A DNA stretch of 64,000 nt from Candidatus Woesearchaeota archaeon (GCA_043819495.1 JBDRET010000024.1:7177-71176), one strand, 5' to 3'; shown: positions 38,197 through 48,254, numbered from the stretch's first letter. Notes: generated by a model from the sequence alone, not told the origin. Made by a program: numbers and translations.

Positions 38197-38541
38197 TCAT
38201 AACATCGGCAGCTTTCCTGTCACCTTATCTATAGCATCTTCGTTATCAGGGCCGATACCGACACAGGTCTTTGTCCCTGGAGCTATACAGGTCTTGCCGG
38301 CATCAGTTATGACTGCTGCGACAAGTTTTTCTGTCTTTGCCTGATTGACATAGCTGAGCATAGTTTTCTCATCCGGGACTTTCAGCACAATCTTCTTCTG
38401 ACCTTGAGAACGCCATTCATCAATTTTAGAACTGGATGATTTCAGAGTCGCTTCGACTGCTGCGTGCGCTACCTGAGCTGCAAGCTTACCTTTAGGTAAC
38501 TTAAGATCTTGCCTTACCAGAATGACCAGTTTCATATCCAT
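38197..38541 (-). CDS. pth2: Peptidyl-tRNA hydrolase 2
   Basis: K.VILVR.DL...GKLAAQVAHA, DAGKT.IAPGT.T..GIGP. Confidence 0.95.
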   Translation of the reverse strand: MDMKLVILVRQDLKLPKGKLAAQVAHAAVEATLKSSSSKIDEWRSQGQKKIVLKVPDEKTMLSYVNQAKTEKLVAAVITDAGKTCIAPGTKTCVGIGPDNEDAIDKVTGKLPML

Positions 38542-38612
38542 CGATTAACAACCTCTGATACAACAGATAATGTGATATTATACTACAATATCTTACAACA
38601 TCTGATGACCCT

Positions 38613-39695
38613 TTAAAAACTAAGCAAGCTTTTAAAAGTTTGGTTTTTCGGGGTGTACTTCGGCTTGTTCAGTGACTGCATCTCTTTTACAATATCAAGA
38701 TGCTCTATGCCTATCTTACCAACATAAAGGTCATTGATAGAACCTCCTTCTGCAAGATACTTCTTCACCTTAAGATACCCATCTATGTAGACATAGTCTT
38801 TCTGGCAGCCTCCAGGTCTTGATGTATCTGCGATGCCGCGTTTGACCCTTGTGGTTATCCTGAATGCTGTCGATGGCTGGAAGAACTGAAGAAGATACTT
38901 ATATATCTCTGAGAAGCTCTTAGTGAGTGCCATCTGGACAGCGACTGCTCTTGCGGCATAATTCTTGATATTCTCATTATTCAACAGTCCGAATCGCTCT
39001 TCATTGACTACTGCAAGTCCCTCTTCTGTAGCGAGATAATCAGGGAATCCGTGGAAGAACATCATGAATGGCTGTTCCCTGCCGTTCTCAGCGCGAAGGA
39101 CATGAGTACCTATCTCGTGTATCACCAGCCTTTTGATGAAATTGTCTGAGAACATGAAATTATCTTTGATGAATATCTTTTTTTTTGATACCAACACTGC
39201 AGCGCTTGCGCTCATGTTCTTTGTATCGACATCATAACCGAAACCGTAATGGTTGACTTCTGCCTGTATCCTATGCTTAGCAGTGATTGGATCTATGGTC
39301 TTTGCTTCTTTCTCGCATTCAAGTGTGAGAAGGTTTGCGGAATGATCAAGGGCTTCATTTGAGGGAGTCCCATACACTTTACGAGAGAACACTGTGAATT
39401 TCTTTGATCCTCTATTGTTCAACATCTCGCACTTGTCTATGAAAAGGTTACGTTTCCTGCTCAAGAGCTCTCCAAAAGCAGAATCATGATCATCTATAGA
39501 ATTCAGCCTGGACTGTACTGCATCATAATCAAAATCAAGCTCAGGGTATATGAAATACGGGTCATAATCAGGATCCGCAAGCACTTTAATCTTTTCAGAT
39601 TCGTTGTTTATCGGATTTATCTCGAAAAAGCTGACTGGATTGATCACTTGCTGTAGACTTGCATCTATGTTCTTGAGTTTGAAAAAATCTGCCAT
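38613..39695 (-). CDS. DUF1704 / MATCAP-like metallopeptidase, paralog 1
   Basis: HEIGTHVLR..NG..QP, TEEGLA, RVKRG, KDYVYIDG. Confidence 0.82.
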   Translation of the reverse strand: MADFFKLKNIDASLQQVINPVSFFEINPINNESEKIKVLADPDYDPYFIYPELDFDYDAVQSRLNSIDDHDSAFGELLSRKRNLFIDKCEMLNNRGSKKFTVFSRKVYGTPSNEALDHSANLLTLECEKEAKTIDPITAKHRIQAEVNHYGFGYDVDTKNMSASAAVLVSKKKIFIKDNFMFSDNFIKRLVIHEIGTHVLRAENGREQPFMMFFHGFPDYLATEEGLAVVNEERFGLLNNENIKNYAARAVAVQMALTKSFSEIYKYLLQFFQPSTAFRITTRVKRGIADTSRPGGCQKDYVYIDGYLKVKKYLAEGGSINDLYVGKIGIEHLDIVKEMQSLNKPKYTPKNQTFKSLLSF

Positions 39696-39798
39696 CGTCC
39701 CTGAAATTATCCGCTTTCTTCAATATATAAACTTGTTGTTTTATTCTCCTCGAGAGTAGGGACAAAAGTTTAAATAGCGTATAACCCAGTTCCAAAGT

Positions 39799-40740
39799 AT
39801 GATAGATATATATTACAGGCCTGAAAATCGGGTGGTTCAGGGCAAACTCAAGAACCTGAAATCACGGAAGACTGTCTGGGTAGATTGTTTTAACCCTTCG
39901 AAGCAGGAGATTGATGATGTCTGTGCTATTGCAGGGATTCCCAAGCAAGAGTTCAAGGAACATCTTCTTGGATACGAACGTCCAACAACACTTGAGACAG
40001 AGGATTATTCTCTAGTCGTATTCGGTGCACCTATACAGCGAGGCAATACCCGCGTAAGTTCTCTAGCGTTATTCATATGCAAGAACCAGACTGTTGTAAC
40101 ACTCAGGACTGCAGAGATAGACGCTCTGGCAAGGGTCAAGCGCGAGATGCTTGATAAGAACCCAAAGTATCTTGATTCTTCTACTGCATTATTACAGATC
40201 ATCCTTGAAAGGATAATAAGCAGCTATTTTGAACATATGGAGCGATTCCAGGAGCATACGGATCATATAGAGGCAATAGTGTTCAAGGCTCCTCAGAAAG
40301 AAGCAGTCGAAGAGACCTTCAAGATCCGTAAATCAGTGCTCCTTTTCCAGAAAGCGCTGGTGGCAAACAAGGAAGCGATACTTTCAATAGAAAAAGGCAA
40401 TCTTAGCAGACTTTCAAAGAAAGATGTTGTTGATTTCAGGGATATACGAGAAGATGTTATGCAGCTGATAGATTCCGGTGATACCCAAAGGATAATTCTT
40501 ACAGGAGTGCTTGACATCTATACCTCTTCAGTGTCAAACCAGATGAGTGAAGTCATAAAGAAGCTGACAGTCGTCGCATCTTATGTTCTCATCCCTACGC
40601 TCATAGCAAGCATCTATGGCATGAACTTCAAGAACATGCCTGAACTGTCCTGGCAGTGGGGATACCCTTTCTCAATGGGAGTCATGGCGCTTTCCATATT
40701 CTCGGTATGGTATTATTTCAGGAAGTCAAAGATGATATGA
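39799..40740 (+). CDS. corA: CorA family Mg2+/Co2+ transporter
   Basis: PTLIASIYGMNF..MPEL.W..GY signature. Confidence 0.92.
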   Translation: MIDIYYRPENRVVQGKLKNLKSRKTVWVDCFNPSKQEIDDVCAIAGIPKQEFKEHLLGYERPTTLETEDYSLVVFGAPIQRGNTRVSSLALFICKNQTVVTLRTAEIDALARVKREMLDKNPKYLDSSTALLQIILERIISSYFEHMERFQEHTDHIEAIVFKAPQKEAVEETFKIRKSVLLFQKALVANKEAILSIEKGNLSRLSKKDVVDFRDIREDVMQLIDSGDTQRIILTGVLDIYTSSVSNQMSEVIKKLTVVASYVLIPTLIASIYGMNFKNMPELSWQWGYPFSMGVMALSIFSVWYYFRKSKMI

Positions 40741-41115
40741 GTTTTTGTGTCAAATGCATTTTCTTCAGTTATTTGAGTTACTGATAGAGTGAAAAAGCCG
40801 ATGACGCCAATATTCAGTCATTCTATGTGCTGAAATTAATCACATAAAATAATCAATAAATAATGAACCCCTTCGGGGAAATTTCTAATTTACGTCCTAG
40901 AGCGTGCGTGGCGCTTGCAAACTTATTTGTAAGCTCAATAATTCCGATAAGTTTGTGAGTGTAACGAGCAAGCGAATTAGGTCTTAGTTGAGTGATCAGA
41001 GCTGAAAAGCTTGAGTTGGCTTTTTATTTCGATATCAGACAAAACCTTTATATTGTACTGTGGTGCTCCATATACTGACGACTTGCTGTTGTAGGGCAGG
41101 TCAGGAGGTAATAAG

Positions 41116-43008
41116 ATGGTAATAGTTAAGTTCCCTGATGGGGCAACCAAGGAATACACTGTTGGTACCACGGGCCTACAGATTGCTGAAGATATCTCTT
41201 CAGAACTTGCTTCTCAAGCAGTCGCGATGAAGCTCAATGATAAGGTTGTAGAGTTATCTACGCCAGTGGTCGAAGATTCTGAAGTGAAGATAATGACACC
41301 AAAAGACCCTGAAGGAATGGACGTCTTTAGGCACAGTACAGCACACCTTCTCGCGCACGCAGTAACTGAACTTTATCCTTATGCAAAACTTACTATAGGT
41401 CCTGTTGTCCAGGAAGGATTCTATTATGACATAGATCATGAGCCGTTCCAGCCTGCTGACATGAAGAAAATCGAGCAGAAGATGCATGAGATCATGAAGC
41501 AGAAGCAGCCGATAATCCGACATGAATTATCAAAGAATGATGCTCTTGAGCTGTTCAAGGATAATGAGTTTAAGGTTGAGATGATCAATGATCTTGAAGA
41601 TGGGACACTTACAGTATATCGACAGGGAAGTTTTGTCGACTTGTGTAGAGGACCACATGTCAGGCATACAGGGATGATAAAAGCATTCAAGCTCACGAAG
41701 ATTGCAGGTGCGTATTGGAGAGCCGATGCAAAGAACAAGCAGCTCCAGAGGATATACGGTATAAGCTTCCCTACAAAAGAAGAGCTGAAAGAATACTTGA
41801 GACTTCTTGAAGAGGCAGAGAAACGCGATCACAGGAAGATAGGGAAGAAGCTTGACCTGTTCAGTTTCCATGAAGAGGCTCCAGGAATGGCATTCATGCA
41901 TGCAAAAGGTATGGTCATGTGGAATGAGCTTATGAAATTCTGGCGTGAAAAGCATTCTAAAGCAGGATATGTCGAGACGAGGACACCAATAATGCTCAAT
42001 AAGTCTCTTTGGGAGACTAGCGGGCATTGGGATAACTATCGGGAGAACATGTACATCACTAAGGTCGATGAAGTAGAGTATGCGATAAAACCTATGAACT
42101 GTCCTGGCGGCATGTTGCTATACAAAGAAAAAGTGCATTCTTATCGTGAGTTCCCATTGAAAGTCGCTGAGATCGGTCTTGTACATAGGCATGAACTCAG
42201 CGGGGTAATCGGTGGGATGCTGCGAGTAAGAGAGTTTCATCAAGATGATGCGCATATATTCATGACAGAGTCCCAGATTGTCCAAGAAGTACTTGGTGTA
42301 ATCAATCTGTGTGAAGAGATGTATTCTGTGTTTGGGCTGGAATATAATCTGGAGCTTTCTACAAGGCCTGAGAAATCAATAGGCACAGATGAACAATGGG
42401 AGAAAGCGACAGAAGGTCTGAGAAAAGCGCTTGAAGAAAAAGGAAAGGAGTATGTCCTCAATGAAGGTGATGGTGCTTTTTATGGTCCGAAAATTGATTT
42501 CCATCTTAAGGATGCTCTAGGAAGGACGTGGCAATGCGCAACAATACAGCTGGATATGTCTTTGCCAGAAAGATTCGACTTGAATTATGAGGGAGAAGAT
42601 GGCAAGAAACATAGGCCGGTAATGATACATAGGACAGTATATGGTGGAATCGAAAGGTTCTTAGGAGTGCTTATCGAGCATTATGCAGGAAAGTTCCCTC
42701 TCTGGCTCAGCCCAGTACAGGTTCGCGTGCTTACTGTGGCAGACAGGCATGATGGATATGCAGAAGATATCCGCAAGAGATTCTTTGATGCAGGTATACG
42801 GGCAGAGCTTGACTCACGTTCTGAATCTATATCTAAGAAGGTGAGAGAAGCGCAGATACAGCAGGTGAACTACATCCTGGTCATAGGCGATACTGAATTG
42901 GAGAATGGGACTGTGAATGTCCGGACTCGTGATAATATTGTACATGGTGAGAAGAAGCCTGAAGAGTTCATGGATTCTGTGCTTGGTGAGATAAAAGGAA
43001 GAAAGTAA
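41116..43008 (+). CDS. thrS: Threonyl-tRNA synthetase, bacterial type (TGS plus editing domain)
   Basis: RHSTAHLLA, DLCRGPH, RDHRKIG, KPMNCP, FHQDDAH, GAFYGPK, IHR. Confidence 0.97.
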   Translation: MVIVKFPDGATKEYTVGTTGLQIAEDISSELASQAVAMKLNDKVVELSTPVVEDSEVKIMTPKDPEGMDVFRHSTAHLLAHAVTELYPYAKLTIGPVVQEGFYYDIDHEPFQPADMKKIEQKMHEIMKQKQPIIRHELSKNDALELFKDNEFKVEMINDLEDGTLTVYRQGSFVDLCRGPHVRHTGMIKAFKLTKIAGAYWRADAKNKQLQRIYGISFPTKEELKEYLRLLEEAEKRDHRKIGKKLDLFSFHEEAPGMAFMHAKGMVMWNELMKFWREKHSKAGYVETRTPIMLNKSLWETSGHWDNYRENMYITKVDEVEYAIKPMNCPGGMLLYKEKVHSYREFPLKVAEIGLVHRHELSGVIGGMLRVREFHQDDAHIFMTESQIVQEVLGVINLCEEMYSVFGLEYNLELSTRPEKSIGTDEQWEKATEGLRKALEEKGKEYVLNEGDGAFYGPKIDFHLKDALGRTWQCATIQLDMSLPERFDLNYEGEDGKKHRPVMIHRTVYGGIERFLGVLIEHYAGKFPLWLSPVQVRVLTVADRHDGYAEDIRKRFFDAGIRAELDSRSESISKKVREAQIQQVNYILVIGDTELENGTVNVRTRDNIVHGEKKPEEFMDSVLGEIKGRK

Positions 43009-43067
43009 AATATTTAAATATTTTTTTCACCTTTTTTTGATTCTTATCTGTGAAGTCTTTCTCTACT

Positions 43068-43163
43068 CCAACGCAGCGCTTGTTTTGCATATCATCTCTA
43101 TTCAGTCAGCCCTACTGCGATATCTATCGCTCAAGTCATCGTAAACTCGCTAGGCAGCGTTGG
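43068..43163 (+). repeat. Dispersed three-box hairpin element, copy D
   Basis: Stem ccaacgcagc/gcagcgttgg enclosing GCTTGT-N25-GCCCTACTGCG-N23-AAACTCGCTAG; outer 12-bp stem atctgtgaagtc/gacttcacagat (43046-43185). Confidence 0.8.
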
Positions 43164-43184
43164 CGTCTGTATCGACTTCACAGA

Positions 43185-44720
43185 TTATGCTGCTTTTCTG
43201 TATTCTCTTAGCGAGGGTAGGGGTGGTGGTATCATTGCGCTCCACAACTTGACTTCATTCCCTTTCTGCTTCTGCATAGATGGCAACAGATACTGCACCC
43301 ATACAGGTGCAATGTTCCTGGTCTGGATCTTCCTGTGCTTTTGGGCCTGTTCCTTTTGTCTCATCTGCCTATGCTCTGCAAGGGATATTATCCTGCTTTC
43401 CACATCTTTCTTTGTACGTACGCTTGCCAGATAACTCTCAGGTAATGGTGGCGGAGTCTGTGATGCTTTTCTTGCTCTCACTTCATTCAGGTATGATTCT
43501 GGCAGGGGTGGTGGTGTCTGTATCGCTCTTTTTGCCTGTATGCTGTCCAAGTATGCTTTTGGCAATGGCAGGGGCATCATCTGCTGCGCTTTCTTCACCC
43601 TGACTTCATTCAGGTATGATTCTGGCAGGGGTGGCGGTGTTATCGTTATCTTGCTCGTGACTGCACGTGCACCTACAGGTGCATCCTTGTAAGGACTTTC
43701 TGATTTTACCTGTTCGAGCAGCAAGAGATTATCCCTCAGAGACTGCCTGTCATGCTTCACATATCTCCTGTTTGACAGTGTAGTTATCACATCAAGGGAT
43801 CTCTTCAGCTCATCACCTTTGAAATAAGTCTTTGCCAGTTCATATGCATCAGCGATGCTGTTTTCATCATTCTTGAAGATGAGTGTCTTGTACATCTGCC
43901 TTACAATCTTCTCGCATGATTCTGCAGCATCTTCTTTTGTGAAGTATTCTTTTGCTATCTTCATCGCTCTTTTCAGGTCATCAATCTGCCCGCTCTTCAT
44001 TATAGAGTCATACGTGCGTATTGCAGACATAGCCTCTTTGACATATTCTTTTGATGTCCTTCGGCCTTTAGATCCTCTGTTTTCAGAGACTACATATCTG
44101 AATTCCATACTTTCATTACCTTTGTTTTCAGGATCTGTCGAATAGTCAATGCTCAATCCGAGCTCTTTCCTTGACTTGAATATCTTGTCATAGATGCTGG
44201 CCTCAAAGAATCTTGCAGTCTTCTTCGGATTGTCATATCTGTTGGCTGTATCCACAACATCATCCGTCTTGACAGCTGATCTGCTATCCATCTCTTCAAG
44301 TATATCTGATATCTCATTACCCAGATTGTAGGTGCTGCGTACAGCTCTTTCTCTATTCATTCCGTCCATCTTAATTCCCTCATTATCTCTACCTTTTGCA
44401 GATATTGCCTGATTGCGAATCTCTGTATCTACCAGTATCGGTCTGATTCCTTCCTGTGTCAAGACTTGGCTTAAGCTTCCCATCTTCTTGTATGCAGTAT
44501 TTCCTATCCCTTTGATTATCGGCGTGTCTTCCCTGCATAGTTCTGGTACGTAAGAATTGATGATTGCAAGAGTCCGTGCATCATTGCAGAATATACCTTT
44601 AGCATATATCTCTCCTTTCTCTCTCCTGTCATCAGGGCTGTTCAGCTTTAATATCCAGTCTCCTGTAGTTGAGAGCAAATCGTACAAGTTTGGTTTTTCT
44701 GTTTCCATTTTGTCATACAT
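43185..44720 (-). CDS. Hypothetical protein with C-terminal PPPLPESYL repeats
   Basis: About 510-aa ORF; SD aaggag; four 20-21-aa repeats. Confidence 0.75.
   Translation of the reverse strand: MYDKMETEKPNLYDLLSTTGDWILKLNSPDDRREKGEIYAKGIFCNDARTLAIINSYVPELCREDTPIIKGIGNTAYKKMGSLSQVLTQEGIRPILVDTEIRNQAISAKGRDNEGIKMDGMNRERAVRSTYNLGNEISDILEEMDSRSAVKTDDVVDTANRYDNPKKTARFFEASIYDKIFKSRKELGLSIDYSTDPENKGNESMEFRYVVSENRGSKGRRTSKEYVKEAMSAIRTYDSIMKSGQIDDLKRAMKIAKEYFTKEDAAESCEKIVRQMYKTLIFKNDENSIADAYELAKTYFKGDELKRSLDVITTLSNRRYVKHDRQSLRDNLLLLEQVKSESPYKDAPVGARAVTSKITITPPPLPESYLNEVRVKKAQQMMPLPLPKAYLDSIQAKRAIQTPPPLPESYLNEVRARKASQTPPPLPESYLASVRTKKDVESRIISLAEHRQMRQKEQAQKHRKIQTRNIAPVWVQYLLPSMQKQKGNEVKLWSAMIPPPLPSLREYRKAA
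43398..43641 (-). repeat. In-frame 60-63-bp tandem repeat, 4 units (TPPPLPESYLNEVR.KKA.Q)
   Basis: acttcattcaggtatgattctggcaggggtgg occurs twice, with two diverged units. Confidence 0.8.
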
Positions 44721-44729
44721 CTCCTTCAC

Positions 44730-44945
44730 CTTCGCTTGTTTTTTTTTTGCTCCCCTATGGCATAGCTCACGCTATTCCTGGACATTGTCCGATCTGTTGC
44801 AAAACCCCCTACTATGCAGCTCAGGAACCTGGAGAAAGCGAAAAAGATCAGAAGGTTGTCCTTGCGAACAACCCCTGATATCGAGCTATCTCCGAAGAGC
44901 ATGATAGTATGTATTGTCTACTTTGTTTGTTGGTGATAGCTCGAT
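44730..44945 (-). promoter_or_regulatory. Structured 5' leader with GCAA and UUCG tetraloop hairpins
   Basis: Minus strand: 11-bp atcgagctatc/gatagctcgat, CUC-UUCG-GAG, AUCAGGGGUUGUUC-GCAA-GGACAACCUUCUGAU, uucgcuu/aagcgaa next to the SD. Confidence 0.5.
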
Positions 44946-45156
44946 TTATGGAACCGGTCTTAGGTGTGGAAACTTAGGACCATCTTCCATATACCCCTCT
45001 AAGGCTTGACAAGTATATAAGCACTTCTGTGATTATTTTTGCTAAAATCTTTATTTTTTTAGTATTATCCATATTTAGTAAATTTATTGGTTATTAATTT
45101 ACTTATTAACCTAATGCTTGATTGTCGCACCATATATACGAGAAGGGAGTTCTTCG

Positions 45157-47022
45157 TTATCTTTTTACGGCAAGATCATTGATGTCCTTCTTCTTGGAAG
45201 GTTCTGAAGCTGTAAGACTTGCTTTAGCCTTGTCCCTGAGCTTTATGTTCCCGAAGTGTATGCTGTTGAAATGTGTGAATGAAAGCCTGCGTAATGCGTT
45301 CTGCATGATGATGAGAAGTACGAAGATCCCTATAGCATATGCCATAAGCATAGATAATCCATGAAGCAGGACATCAAATCCTGAGTTGAATATTATCGCC
45401 TGTTTCAATGCATTCTCGCTGATCACGAATGGATTGAGCAAAGCCAGGCTCTTCAGGTATCCTGGAAGGCTCTCAAGTGGGATGACTACTCTTGAGAATA
45501 GCATGAATACTGAAATGAGGGTTATCGCTGCAAGGTTGGATGTCTCTTCAGTCTTGAAGATGAACCCCACAAACATCCCTATGCAGATGAATACTGTGGC
45601 AGTCAACAGGACTATCAGCAGAATCATGAGTATCGATGCCAATACCTGTGTCTCAAAGAACACTGCACTCACGCTCACGAACAGCAAGAGCTGTATGAAC
45701 AGGACAGTGAGTGAAGTCAGGTAGGTGGATATGTTGAACGTGAAATATGATGTCGGCGTGAAATTGTTCCTGAAAAAAGATCTTGATTTCTTCTCTACCA
45801 TGACTAAAGTGGTGGACAGGAGTATCCCTGTTATCATCATTATCAACACAATAAGTGTCGGGAAAAGTGAATTGAAATGTGTCTTCTGGGTCGCAAGGGG
45901 TTCTATCTTGGTGGTTATCGGTGTCGATATCCCTTCTGCACTTTTGCCTTTCACTGCTTTTATCTTCTGCAGAGCCTCATCAAGCGTCCCCTGCAGTGAG
46001 GTCATGCTGGTCACCATACTGTCTATCTCTGTAGATGTCTGGTCGAACTGTGGGAGCAGCTCATCCCTCTTCTGTTTGATCGTGGTTATCTTTGACTGTG
46101 TCTCTGAAATCTTCTGACCTATCGCATCAAGAGAGGATCTTATCGTCACCAGTCGTGAAGAAGCATTATCTGCATCAGAGCGTATCAATGCAATAGCATC
46201 ATCGATCGTATCCTGTATCTCATCAGTATCTTGGTCTATATCATCAAGCTCATCCAAGACTCCAGACTCATTCGTCAGAGATTGTGCAGATGCGGCAGAA
46301 TTCTCGATGCTATCGATCACATCGTTGATGCTGTCTGAGAGGTTAGCTGCCTGGCTCCTTATTGCAGCAAGGTCCGTCTCTAATCTATCTGATATCCCCT
46401 TATCATTCTGGATATCAATATTGTTGAAATCTACTGATATGTCAAGCTCTTTGATGCCTGCCTGCGTAGAGCTGCTCTTTGTCTTTAACCCATCGCTCTT
46501 TGTCCGCATCTCTCCCAAGGTCTTCTGGCCATAGCTGATCCTTTCCTCTACAAACCACATCCTTTCAAGAAGGTCTGCGGTCATCTCCTTGGACAGTTCC
46601 GAAGACCGTTCAGATATGCGGGCAGACATGACATCCAGCATGAGCCATACAAGGTTTATCTGTGAATAATCGACATAGAACGTAAGCTCATTGCTCTGTC
46701 CGGTATTAATGTCCATACCTGCAGGGAACAATACGCACGCCTGTGATTCTCCAGTCTTCACTGCACTTATGCAATCATCCTCTGAATCCAGGCGCAGTAT
46801 GTCGAAGTTCTGGTTCGTCATCTTAGTTATCAATGATTCTGAAAGTTCAGTGTATCCTTCTGAGTATATCGATGCTGTGAGAGAAAATCCGCTCGATTGG
46901 CTGAACGCAAGACCGAGTAGAGTCACGAGCAGGAGCGGACCTATGAATATGACAAGTGAAGATATCTTAGCCCTTACCAGGAGCTTGAAATTCTTCTTCA
47001 ACATCTCTAATAGTCCTTTCAT
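45157..47022 (-). CDS. ABC-2 type permease with large extracellular coiled-coil (YhgE/Pip-like architecture)
   Basis: N-terminal TM, about 250-aa heptad region, 5 C-terminal TMs with PLESLP..L..LA..NP. Confidence 0.82.
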   Translation of the reverse strand: MKGLLEMLKKNFKLLVRAKISSLVIFIGPLLLVTLLGLAFSQSSGFSLTASIYSEGYTELSESLITKMTNQNFDILRLDSEDDCISAVKTGESQACVLFPAGMDINTGQSNELTFYVDYSQINLVWLMLDVMSARISERSSELSKEMTADLLERMWFVEERISYGQKTLGEMRTKSDGLKTKSSSTQAGIKELDISVDFNNIDIQNDKGISDRLETDLAAIRSQAANLSDSINDVIDSIENSAASAQSLTNESGVLDELDDIDQDTDEIQDTIDDAIALIRSDADNASSRLVTIRSSLDAIGQKISETQSKITTIKQKRDELLPQFDQTSTEIDSMVTSMTSLQGTLDEALQKIKAVKGKSAEGISTPITTKIEPLATQKTHFNSLFPTLIVLIMMITGILLSTTLVMVEKKSRSFFRNNFTPTSYFTFNISTYLTSLTVLFIQLLLFVSVSAVFFETQVLASILMILLIVLLTATVFICIGMFVGFIFKTEETSNLAAITLISVFMLFSRVVIPLESLPGYLKSLALLNPFVISENALKQAIIFNSGFDVLLHGLSMLMAYAIGIFVLLIIMQNALRRLSFTHFNSIHFGNIKLRDKAKASLTASEPSKKKDINDLAVKR

Positions 47023-47035
47023 ATCACATACCTTC

Positions 47036-48142
47036 TTATCCATCACTCTTCTTTGTCAATCTCTCAAATATCTCAGTCAGTGTAGAGTCAGATACATCCA
47101 GGCTGACCAGCCTCTCCTTACACGACTCTACTGCTTTTATCACGCGTCGTATTGTCAGGTCATCGCCTGATACAAAAACAATAAGCTCATTGTCCTGTTC
47201 AGATGTCCTTTCTACTCCCTTCACTTTCTTCAGCTTCTTTCTGAGCGCATCATACCTGTTATCATCAAACATAACCTTGACGATACGACCTTTCTTGAAC
47301 ATATCCTTGAGCTCTTTTAATGTACCATGGCCCAGGATTTTCCTATCATGCAGTATCGCGACTTTAGTACATAGCTGCTCGACCTCATCCAGTATGTGCG
47401 AGGCTATGACAATGGTCGTACCCTGTGAATTTATCTGTTTGATCAGACGCCATATCTGTTTGCGCATGACAGGATCAAGGTCAGATGTCGGTTCGTCAAG
47501 GAACAGCATCTTAGGTTCATGTATGAGAGAGCATGCGATATCCAGGCGTCTCTGCATACCTCCTGAAAGCTCTGCAGCTATGCTGTCCCTGTCTTCAGTC
47601 AGGTCAACAAGACGCAGGAGCTTTTCCATGTTCTCCATTATCCTCTTCTTCTTCAGGCCATATAAAGAGCCATAGAACATGAGGTTCTCTTCGACAGTCA
47701 AGTGATCGTAGAAAGAAGGTATCTGTGAAGCGAAGCCGAAATTCTGCTTGACACGTGATTGATTCCTTAATACAGAGACATAATCAGGTGAGTCACTCTT
47801 ATTATCGAAAAGAAGATCATTCCTGACAAGGACATCACCTGATTGTGGGTTGAGTATGCCCGACATAAGCTGGAATATCGTCGTCTTTCCAGAACCGCTC
47901 ATACCGATGATGCCAAATATATCTTTATGGAAGATGTCAAAGTCCACATCTTTGAGCACAAGCTTGTCCTTGTAGCTCTTTGAGACCTTTCTTAGCATCA
48001 GGACTGGCTGGTTACTTGGAGATATTGCTTTCTTGAGACTCTCAGATATCGGTTTAATCTCTTCAGCCTTATCTTTATTTTCTTTAGAATTATCTTTAGA
48101 CTTAGAACTACCTGCCTTTTCACCCTCTTTTTTCCAAAACAT
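47036..48142 (-). CDS. ABC transporter ATP-binding protein
   Basis: GMSGSGKT, LSGGMQRR, FLDEPT, ASH. Confidence 0.92.
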   Translation of the reverse strand: MFWKKEGEKAGSSKSKDNSKENKDKAEEIKPISESLKKAISPSNQPVLMLRKVSKSYKDKLVLKDVDFDIFHKDIFGIIGMSGSGKTTIFQLMSGILNPQSGDVLVRNDLLFDNKSDSPDYVSVLRNQSRVKQNFGFASQIPSFYDHLTVEENLMFYGSLYGLKKKRIMENMEKLLRLVDLTEDRDSIAAELSGGMQRRLDIACSLIHEPKMLFLDEPTSDLDPVMRKQIWRLIKQINSQGTTIVIASHILDEVEQLCTKVAILHDRKILGHGTLKELKDMFKKGRIVKVMFDDNRYDALRKKLKKVKGVERTSEQDNELIVFVSGDDLTIRRVIKAVESCKERLVSLDVSDSTLTEIFERLTKKSDG

Positions 48143-48254
48143 TTTGTTTAAAAATGCTGATTGGAGTTTATAAAGTTTTTGGTGATTTTGCTGCTCTTTC
48201 TTTGGAAATCCGTCTTCGAAAACCTTTATAAACATTATACCATTCGTAGATACT

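Noticed and set aside
40860..41115. T-box leader for thrS
   Set aside because: No T-box consensus (GGUGGnACCGCG) or specifier stem found.
11357..43185. Three-box elements as a CRISPR array, canonical box C/D sRNAs or attC sites
   Set aside because: Copies are dispersed about 10 kb apart; there are no cas genes, no RUGAUGA/CUGA boxes and no RYYYAAC...GTTRRRY ends.
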